Shown: positions 47,183-54,800 of the stretch, one piece after another
How the letters are laid out: every line of letters starts with the position of its first letter
Numbering within the stretch: the first letter of the stretch is position 1
IMG/VR virus record: IMGVR_UViG_3300048606_000075
Coordinates: 1 to 64,000 of that record
Origin: a virus
Lineage: Duplodnaviria; Caudoviricetes
Length of the DNA stretch: 64,000 nucleotides
Direction: 5' to 3' (one strand)
The notes under the pieces: generated by a model
What the model was told of the DNA's origin: nothing
Seen by the model: only the letters and a program-made list of their open reading frames with translations
The model's database searches: none
Made by a program: the position numbers and the translations under genes

Positions 47183-48154
47183 TCATACCCTACGAGCTTC
47201 GCGCTTGCAGTCCTTGCACGCCGTCTGGTAGCCGGACGCCACAGTCTTGTCGGTGTAGTACTCGGACACCGGCTTGTTTTCCTCACAGGTCAGGCACACC
47301 CGATGCCCGTCCACCACCGGGTGGATGTGGTCCTTAGGTACGCGAGGCACGTAGTCCGGACCACGCTGCTTGGCCCGAATCGCAGCAACCTTGTCACGTT
47401 CCCTCTGCTGAGCGCACGGAACACACCATCCAGTCCGACGCCGCTTCTCACCCTTGCCAGACCTGTGTGCTTCCGCCATGGGAAGCACTTCACGGCAGAT
47501 CGTGCAGGTGAACTCCGGGTCATCGTCAGTGAGCCCGCGATTGGGCTGCGCAGCAGTGGGAGATGAAAACGCTCCGGGACGCGAGACGCCAGGGAGCCCG
47601 GAGCCAACACGGCGGACGATCTCTTCCTGCTCGGGCCACACGAACGTGGTCTCCAGGTACTCCCGGAAGGGCTCCACGGATCCGACACGCTCGATGACAC
47701 CTATAGCGTGGTTACAGAGACCACAGAGGAGACGACGAATACAACCTGTCTTGCCACACGAGCGTGGGCCGGGGCAACACGCGTGGTTGTGGTCAACTGA
47801 CAAGGCAGCGACCTTGTCACCGAACTTCACGGTAGTCTCAGGCTGCTTGCAAATAGCGCAGACGCCGCCTTGTTCCTCAAGAACAGATTGATACTGCTTG
47901 TATGTGATATTGAATTTATGCTTAAGAAATCGGTCAAGCTTAATTTCAATAGGCAAAGCCTGATGACGAGCTGACTCACGATCGTTAAAACACTTCTTGC
48001 ATGCAGAGTGATAACCACTCTTACGGCCAGTGTTCTTGTAAAACTCTTCTACTGGCTTGACCTCAAGGCAAACGTTGCACTCAAGCTTGCCGTCCACAAC
48101 CTGGACGACAGAACGAACAGAACGTACTAGTTCCACTGAACTCTCCTCAGACAC
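47183..48154 (-). CDS. endonuclease VII-domain (homing-type) endonuclease with three C4 zinc-finger repeats
   Basis: KFNITYKQY..QGGVCAIC..LSVDHNH..RRLLCGLCNHAIG; flanking CxxC..KP..EFY..G....CxxC repeats. Confidence 0.85.
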   Translation of the reverse strand: MSEESSVELVRSVRSVVQVVDGKLECNVCLEVKPVEEFYKNTGRKSGYHSACKKCFNDRESARHQALPIEIKLDRFLKHKFNITYKQYQSVLEEQGGVCAICKQPETTVKFGDKVAALSVDHNHACCPGPRSCGKTGCIRRLLCGLCNHAIGVIERVGSVEPFREYLETTFVWPEQEEIVRRVGSGLPGVSRPGAFSSPTAAQPNRGLTDDDPEFTCTICREVLPMAEAHRSGKGEKRRRTGWCVPCAQQRERDKVAAIRAKQRGPDYVPRVPKDHIHPVVDGHRVCLTCEENKPVSEYYTDKTVASGYQTACKDCKREARRV

Positions 48155-48155
48155 G

Positions 48156-48197
48156 AAACCGGGGTAGCACCCCTTGACTGCAGAGGTACTACCCCGG
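48156..48197 (-). terminator. probable terminator after major capsid gene
   Basis: Hairpin CCGGGGTAG...CTACCCCGG (14 of 16 pairs) followed by TTT on minus strand. Confidence 0.65.
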
Positions 48198-48234
48198 AAT
48201 GCGCCAGAAGAGTTTCTGGCTAGGTACCTACGGA

Positions 48235-49224
48235 CTAGGTCACGTCACTGATCACAAATTGTTCCGGTCGGTACACTACCGGAAGGAACGATTGCTCCAA
48301 GAGGTACTGCCGAGACGAGGGGTCTTTTTCTTTCCAAGTCTTCGCAAATCTCCCTGTGAAATCAGTAGGAGCTTCGTCGTCAGCGGACGGGCCGAGCATG
48401 AACTCCATCGGCCGGTTGTCCGACAGGTTGGCAAAGATGATCTTGCCATCCGCCAAGAACAGCGTCTCGTTGCCGCCCGCGTCCTCGTAGACGGACTCCG
48501 TGGAGGTCCAGTTCAGACCCATGAAGCCCGGCATGGTGCCCGAGGAGTAGTACTCGTCACGCATGCGGTCCGACATCAGGCCAGCGGCGTTACCGTCGCG
48601 GGCGAAGGCGTCGAAGACCAACGAGAGGGTCTTCTCCGTGCAGAACGCCTCCTTGGTGGGCACCTGTCCGTCGCGGGCGATCAGGCGCTTCCACGTCCGG
48701 ATGTCGGCCACGATCTGGGAGGCCGAAGCCGATGCCCACGGCACGGCGGCCGTTGGCTTGTGGCTGGACGAGAACTTGTAGTCGATCGACGCCTGGACGT
48801 CGTCGTAGTCGAACACGAGCGAGCCCTGCATGGCCTGCCACGCGCAGAACTCCATGAAGTTGTCGAACCGGATGTTGAGGTCATTGACCTCCCGGAGTAC
48901 GGCGGCCTCGGCGTTGCGCGCGGCGAGCTGACCCGGGGTACGCAGCCAGTGGATCGTGGTCGGCTCGAATACCTTCTTCTCCCGAAGGTAGACGAACGCG
49001 GCACTTTCCTGGCTCCGACCGAGCCGGGGCACGATGTGCGCCTCGGAGTTCGGCACGTTCGGCTTGGCGACCGCTCGTGATCCCTTGATCACGTCCCACT
49101 TCGCCACCGGGTATGGCCATGGCTGGGTGGAAAGCCGGTTCTTGAGGATGAGATTCTCAGGAGCCTTGAGCTTCTCCACGACCCCCATAAGGACCGTTGG
49201 CTCCAACAGACTGATGTCCGGCAC
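48235..49224 (-). CDS. major capsid protein (lambda gpE-like family)
   Basis: 329 aa; VKYDI-type KWDVI..AKPNVPNSEA, E..AWQAMQG, WKEKDPS..LEQSFLPV; position after decoration gene. Confidence 0.88.
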   Translation of the reverse strand: MPDISLLEPTVLMGVVEKLKAPENLILKNRLSTQPWPYPVAKWDVIKGSRAVAKPNVPNSEAHIVPRLGRSQESAAFVYLREKKVFEPTTIHWLRTPGQLAARNAEAAVLREVNDLNIRFDNFMEFCAWQAMQGSLVFDYDDVQASIDYKFSSSHKPTAAVPWASASASQIVADIRTWKRLIARDGQVPTKEAFCTEKTLSLVFDAFARDGNAAGLMSDRMRDEYYSSGTMPGFMGLNWTSTESVYEDAGGNETLFLADGKIIFANLSDNRPMEFMLGPSADDEAPTDFTGRFAKTWKEKDPSSRQYLLEQSFLPVVYRPEQFVISDVT

Positions 49225-49291
49225 TCTGTCACCTTTCCCGCTGACGCAGTCACCGGATACCAGGACTGCTTATCCCAAATCTTTTGTCAGC

Positions 49292-49325
49292 GGGTCCGTC
49301 CCATATGCCGAATTGGGACGGACCC
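49292..49325. repeat. perfect 12-bp inverted repeat upstream of capsid gene
   Basis: GGGTCCGTCCCA-N10-TGGGACGGACCC. Confidence 0.85.
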
Positions 49326-49383
49326 CGGCCTGCGCCACACTTACGTGTCAACCGGCTGGCCTGAGTATTAAGTTGTATGACTA

Positions 49384-49788
49384 CTAGAACGTGAAGGTAT
49401 CGAAGCTGTCGTCCACCCGTGCGTTGAGATCCGCGATGGCGGCGGAGTCCGCACCCACGATGAGCTGATTCTTCAGGATGCCGGAGATCACGATGTTGCC
49501 CTGGAACTCCGGGCCAGCCGCGTCGGCTCCGGTGTCCACGCCACGGCGCAGCACGCCACGGGCCACACCAGCGCCATCGGAGCCACCGTTGTCGTAGGCG
49601 ACCCACTTCTTGGTGGTCGACAGCTGAGCGAGCACGGTGCCCAGCTTGAGGATGCCCTGACCCGCCTTGAGCGTGACGCCCTTCTGGGTAAACCGGGCAG
49701 TGCTGTAGAGCAACTCCGGGTCATCAAGGACGTTGCCCTTGTAGAACCCGGGAGACGGGATCAGATTGCCAACGTACTCATTAGCCAT
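49384..49788 (-). CDS. head decoration protein (lambda gpD-like)
   Basis: VTLKAGQGILKLGTVL..WVAYD..GSDGAGVARGVL..ISG. Confidence 0.8.
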   Translation of the reverse strand: MANEYVGNLIPSPGFYKGNVLDDPELLYSTARFTQKGVTLKAGQGILKLGTVLAQLSTTKKWVAYDNGGSDGAGVARGVLRRGVDTGADAAGPEFQGNIVISGILKNQLIVGADSAAIADLNARVDDSFDTFTF

Positions 49789-49836
49789 GACCTATAAGCT
49801 CCTTGAGAAATAGTCGCTGCCGCGATCTGTAGTGGA

Positions 49837-51036
49837 CTACTTGACGTACTGCGCGGCAGGACCATCGGTGCCGAGCAGGCGAGCAAGCTCCGCCTCGACA
49901 TCCGTCTCCTGCTTTTGCTGCTGCTCGGCGGTGGGGGCGGTGCCCTTCTCCACGGAGAGCTTCACGACCGGCTCATCGGGGATGAGCGCGTCGAACGCCT
50001 CCCGGTTGGACAGCGCCAGCCCGAGGTAGACGTCCTTCTTGGCCGGGACGATGTAGCCGGTCTGGATCAGACCGTCCACCTCGGTCTCGATGTTGCGCTT
50101 CTCCAGCGCGGCGATCCGCTCGATAGCCTGCTCGCCGGCGTTGGTCAGGCGAACATTCTGCTGAGCCAGCTCACCCACCGCAGCCACGATGGTGTCGGTG
50201 TCTACCGAACCATCGGAGTTGGTCAGCTTGGTCTCGGCCTCGGTACCGACCAGCGCGGCCCGAACCTTCTCGGCCAGCTCGTCGACATCGGGCTTGGCGG
50301 CCAGCTCGTCCTGCGCAGCAGTGAGCTTGGCTTCCGTGTCGGTGACCGAAGTCTGGGCCGTCGACAGCTGCTCCTGTAGAACAGCGACGTCGATCTTGTG
50401 ATCGGCCTTCAATTCGGCCAGAATCTCTTCTAGCGTGCGGGGCACCGCAGCCTCCTCCTGATCGCTTGCTGCGCTCAACTGCAGGAGCGCGGGCTCCTCT
50501 GTGTATTCGGCCGACGCTGCCACGATCTCCTCATAGGGATCGAGGCCAGTCACATATGGACGATTCGTGACCGCAACGTGCAAAAGCGTCGGTCCTGACT
50601 TTTTGCCAGTCTTTGTATTCGTATAGTTCAAATGCATAAAAGCGGAAGCACCAAGATAGGTCTTACCGAACTTGTCCGCATCCTGGCGAGCATCAACCTG
50701 GGCGTAGATCTTGCCTGCCTTGTCGTCCACCCGGAGGCCGAGCACCTCGCCGAGGTTGGCGGCGGGGCTCTCTACGTGGTCATTCTGGTCATTAGCCAAC
50801 GGGACCTGAACGATGTCACAGACGCTGGCGTCGAAGTTCGCCTTGAGAACCTTAGCGAACTCGCTATCAATCTTGATCTTCGTTCCCGTTACCGGGTGAA
50901 GCAATTCTCCATACGAAAGGATGTGCTTCTCAAAGATGCGTCCCTGCTTGGTGCGAGCGAGCTGAACCTCGCCCTCCAGCTCCGTCCAGTCCGCAGACGG
51001 ACTCGGCGCGATAACCGTGCTCAGCAACTCGCCCAT
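49837..51036 (-). CDS. capsid maturation protease/scaffold (Mu gpI-like)
   Basis: N-terminal domain with H and SA..LHVAVTNRPYVTGL, followed by coiled-coil scaffold. Confidence 0.8.
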   Translation of the reverse strand: MGELLSTVIAPSPSADWTELEGEVQLARTKQGRIFEKHILSYGELLHPVTGTKIKIDSEFAKVLKANFDASVCDIVQVPLANDQNDHVESPAANLGEVLGLRVDDKAGKIYAQVDARQDADKFGKTYLGASAFMHLNYTNTKTGKKSGPTLLHVAVTNRPYVTGLDPYEEIVAASAEYTEEPALLQLSAASDQEEAAVPRTLEEILAELKADHKIDVAVLQEQLSTAQTSVTDTEAKLTAAQDELAAKPDVDELAEKVRAALVGTEAETKLTNSDGSVDTDTIVAAVGELAQQNVRLTNAGEQAIERIAALEKRNIETEVDGLIQTGYIVPAKKDVYLGLALSNREAFDALIPDEPVVKLSVEKGTAPTAEQQQKQETDVEAELARLLGTDGPAAQYVK

Positions 51037-51044
51037 GCACCGGG

Positions 51045-51052
51045 TATTCGGC
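51045..51052 (-). promoter_or_regulatory. candidate sigma28-like -10 element GCCGAATA
   Basis: Between terminator and SD-less ATG 51036 (8-nt spacer). Confidence 0.4.
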
Positions 51053-51075
51053 CAGAGAGTGTCTGATCAATGCAC

Positions 51076-51112
51076 AAAAGAGCCGCCCCCACCACATGAG
51101 TGAGGACGGCTT
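51076..51112 (-). terminator. rho-independent terminator closing the terminase-portal-MuF unit
   Basis: Minus-strand AGCCGUCCUCAC/GUGGGGGCGGCU 12-bp stem with two G-U pairs, then UUUU. Confidence 0.8.
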
Positions 51113-51122
51113 TGGTGTCAGA

Positions 51123-51422
51123 CTACGATTGCTCTCGGTTCGACACGGCTTCCATGGCCACCGCGCGGGCGAGCACGTGTCGGGGCTCTTCCCCATCTCG
51201 ACGGTCGATCGCCTGCCAGGCCGCCACGGTGGGTGTCTTGCTCGCCAGGTGCTGGCACCACTCATCCCACGTCGGTGCGGGGCCGCGTGCATCCATGATG
51301 GACTGAGCGATTGTCTTGGATTCAGGTGAGGTGGTGCGCAGATATGCACTGCGGTCCGGGGAGAGCCAGACGCCCTGCACCTGAAGGGTGTCCGGATCGA
51401 TGTGCACCAGCGCTAGAACCAC
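51123..51422 (-). CDS. hypothetical protein, candidate MuF immunity/partner 2
   Basis: 99 aa; TAGTG coupling to upstream ORF; ends at terminator. Confidence 0.65.
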   Translation of the reverse strand: MVLALVHIDPDTLQVQGVWLSPDRSAYLRTTSPESKTIAQSIMDARGPAPTWDEWCQHLASKTPTVAAWQAIDRRDGEEPRHVLARAVAMEAVSNREQS

Positions 51423-51823
51423 TAGACGCCCCCATCGTCAACAACGGAAGCGTCGGCCAGCTGCATTAGATAATCCCGCTGAGAGTCCCGCAGCGGCGCC
51501 ATCAACGCCACCTGCTCAGGAGTCAACCAGGACGACAACTCGTATGGCCCATCTACTGTGTCAATCTTGCAAGCATAGTGGCCGTCTCGATCAATCTCAG
51601 TCCACGAAGTGGGGCGGAGCTGCACGTCCCGGCCATCGTTGACGCCCAGACTCACCAGGTGCGGCCAGCCGTCTTCCATCGACATCACCACCAGAACCGG
51701 CGCGGACGACTGTCCCTCCGCCGCCAACGTCCCATCCGCGAGCAACGGAGCGACCTGCACGCCTTCCGGGAAATGCTCGTCTAACAACTGCTGCCATTCA
51801 ACAGCAGTGGTAGGTAATGTCAC
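51422..51823 (-). CDS. acidic hypothetical protein, candidate MuF immunity/partner 1
   Basis: 133 aa; GTGA overlap with MuF stop. Confidence 0.7.
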   Translation of the reverse strand: MTLPTTAVEWQQLLDEHFPEGVQVAPLLADGTLAAEGQSSAPVLVVMSMEDGWPHLVSLGVNDGRDVQLRPTSWTEIDRDGHYACKIDTVDGPYELSSWLTPEQVALMAPLRDSQRDYLMQLADASVVDDGGV

Positions 51824-54800
51824 AGTTCATCCTCTGGATTCCAAGTCAATTGGTGTTCCTTAATCTTATGCAAAGCCGAAGCTCTATTAGCAGGCAATAC
51901 TAGCCTATCTTCAATCGGAAGTCCACGGATCTCCGTTACACCATGGCTGTGAAGATAAGCGATAGCTTCTTGTCTATCGGCTTGGTTAGCAAACGTAATC
52001 ATTTCGATGTCATCAAGCAACGACACAGTGTTCTTAATCAATGTCTCGTTAGAACTGCCAGTGTGTGATAACTGCTTCTTCATGTTGAAGTGAGCCGAAG
52101 ACTTCTTATTGTCAATCTCTCCGAAATTGTCTCCACCATAACTATAATTAGAAGTACGCGCCAACACCTCGGTAGACAACAAGATCTGTGCGTGTGGAGA
52201 CACCCCGTTGAGCCGGGTGAACACGAAGTTCGAACTACCGTGGGACTGATCCGCTTCCGAGGACGCGCCGCCGATGAACCGGCCGAGCAGCTGCATCCGG
52301 TTCTCCGTCGAGAGCAGCCCGCCTGCCTTGACCAGCAACGGCGCGATCGACGGATTACTCAGCGAGTGTGTCGGCATAGATTGCTGGCGCAGCCAGTCAT
52401 CATCGATGTCGAAGCGCCGCCAATACGGCTGGCCACCGAACAGCTGCGGGGCCGCCGGGTTCACTCGACCAAAGCGAGGCATGTAACGCTGCTCATGCAA
52501 GAACGTATTGAACTTAGTCTTGTCCAAACGAGACCAGGCTTCGTGCCACTTCGCCAACTCCTCTTGAGCTGACATCGCGGGAGTTCCCGCTGCGCCACCC
52601 GGGATTTCCTCGGCGACGAACTTGTCGATCTCACCGTAGATGCCCTGCTTGCCATCCGAGCGCTGACCCATCGAGCCATACAGCGAGCGCCAATACTGCA
52701 ACTGTAGATCGTCTTTGGTGGCATCTTGGAGATCTAAATTCATGCCGGCCAGCGCGGCGCGGGCTTCGTTCGCGGCGGTAGGAGTGCCGTCGTAATCCCG
52801 AACCTTGATGCTCAACTGACCATGCTGAGCCTTAGCCACATTACTATGTGGATGCCAAGACTTGTAATTAATTACTGTTCCATCAGGAAGGGTAATCTCA
52901 TACGCAGTACCAGTTTGACCTTGAGAACCAGTCTTACCATTCAAAGTCAACTTGCCATCAGGGCCGATATCAGAATTCTCCAAAACAGGCTTCTTCTTAA
53001 CAACCTTGATAGGCTTGTTCTTATTCAGATCAATCGGATTATCAAGAACCTTCGCAGGTGGAACAGTCGGCTTGTACTCTGAAAAGTCTCCCATCTTAGA
53101 CTGGCCATTAGTCGCTTTGAGATCATCAACTTTCTTCATCTGGCTCTCATAGAAATCAAGAGCATTAGCATACTCTAGCTGAGCTTCTGGCCAATCCTTG
53201 AAGGCATCAGGAACCTTGCCTCCATTCAAATCATTCTGCTTCTTCTCAAGTTTAAACTTTAAATCTTCAAATTTCTCCATATGCATAGTGTTGTAATTTT
53301 TATCCCCCATCTTGTTATGATGGGAAACAGTCTTACCGGCCAGTAAGATCGCAGAAGGGAAAACCGTCAACCCGGCATCGGTGAGAAACTTCTGCTCCGG
53401 GGAAGCCGTCGAGGTATCGAACGTAGCGCCGGAAAGATCATTACTGACGTGGGCCTCCAACCAGGCCCGGAAGTTTCCGTCCGCCTGCTGCAGCAGCTGC
53501 CCGGAGATATGAAGCTCCTTGCCGGAGCCATCCTTCTTACCGATGACCTGGGAGAGCAGGTGCCCATCCTCCAGCACCGCGCCGGCAAAGAACGTGGCCG
53601 CGCCGTGGTTGCCCATCTCCTCGGCGTGATCCAGGTACTCAGAGGTGAATCCGCTGTGCACCCACTTGGACATGTTGGAGCCGGGGGCTGGCTTCTCTCG
53701 GCCCAGCTTGGAGTAGATGTCATCCCAGAATTTCTGGAACTCACCCTCCAGGCCGTTCTTGCGGGCCAGCGCCTGCTTGATCAGGTCATCCTTGTTCTTG
53801 GCCGATGTCATGCCAAAGTTGGTGCGGTTTTTCAGGCCGACATCCATGGCGTCCGACCAGGACTTATCCGGAACAGCAGCCGTCTTGCGAGCCTGGTTCA
53901 TCGACGCTCGGTACAACTCATCGACGCTGGCGTCGGGCAGCTTCTTCGCCAGGACCGCGTCGTAAACCTTCTGGTAGTAGGGCTGCTCCCAGTTCGACAG
54001 CTGACCTTGCTTCAGAGTCACCGCGCCGGGCTGTCCGAACCGCACGAACGCACGCGCGATGTCAATCGGAATGACGTGCTTACCATCTGGCGAGAGCAGG
54101 AAGTTGTCATCGTGCGCATCATCATTCGATGTCACGTAGTCCTGCACGTGTGCCTGCATGAGGTTTTTCAGTGCGGACACCGGCAGAGACGTGGGCGAGA
54201 CACCCTTCAACGTCGACTGGCTCGGGACCTTGGCCTGGAACTGACCGAACTGCCCCTCGAACTTGCCCAGCTGCGAGGTCGCCACCTGGATGCCAGCCAG
54301 CTGCGCGAGCTGGTGCGCGGCGTGCTCGATCTCCGCCCGGAACGGCTCGGGGGCGACCTTGAACAGGAACGGGTTACCATTCTCGTCTGAGACGTGGTAA
54401 ATAGTTGAGTGGCCAGCAAGAGGAGGCTGCTTAGCGTCCTTGGTGAAAGTCTTGTTAGCACCTTCAGAGAGAACGCTATACATCAACTCCTTGGTTGAAT
54501 TTTCATCCCAGTGGCTAGAAGACTTGATGGAAGTCAGCAAGTCCCCAAGCTGCTTCTTAGCCACCGCTGGCTCTTTGAATGTGTTGTCATTAGAAGTAGC
54601 GGCGGACACCGCATGTAGAGAAATCAACTCTTGCTTAGTCTGCAAAGATTGCTTTTTCAGGAAGCTAGCAACCTTCGGAGTACCCATCTTGTCCAAATAT
54701 GTATTGGCTTGAGAGTCATCCAGATTGACAGCCGCTTTCTTAGAAAGATCAATCGACGGGAAATCATGTGGCAACGGCACGACCTGACCAGGACCGTACG

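Larger units (their letters stand above)
42861..47189 (-). promoter_or_regulatory. start-associated GGTAnnAC-N5/6-start motifs, central island
   Basis: Copies at 42861, 43086, 43689, 43803, 44403, 44637, 45096 (variant), 45419, 45656, 46091 (GGTAGGAT), 46334, 46564 and 47182. Confidence 0.75.

Noticed and set aside
49346-49351. TTGACA -35 box upstream of the capsid gene
   Set aside because: No TANNNT at 16-18 nt spacing (CCGGGG is found there)
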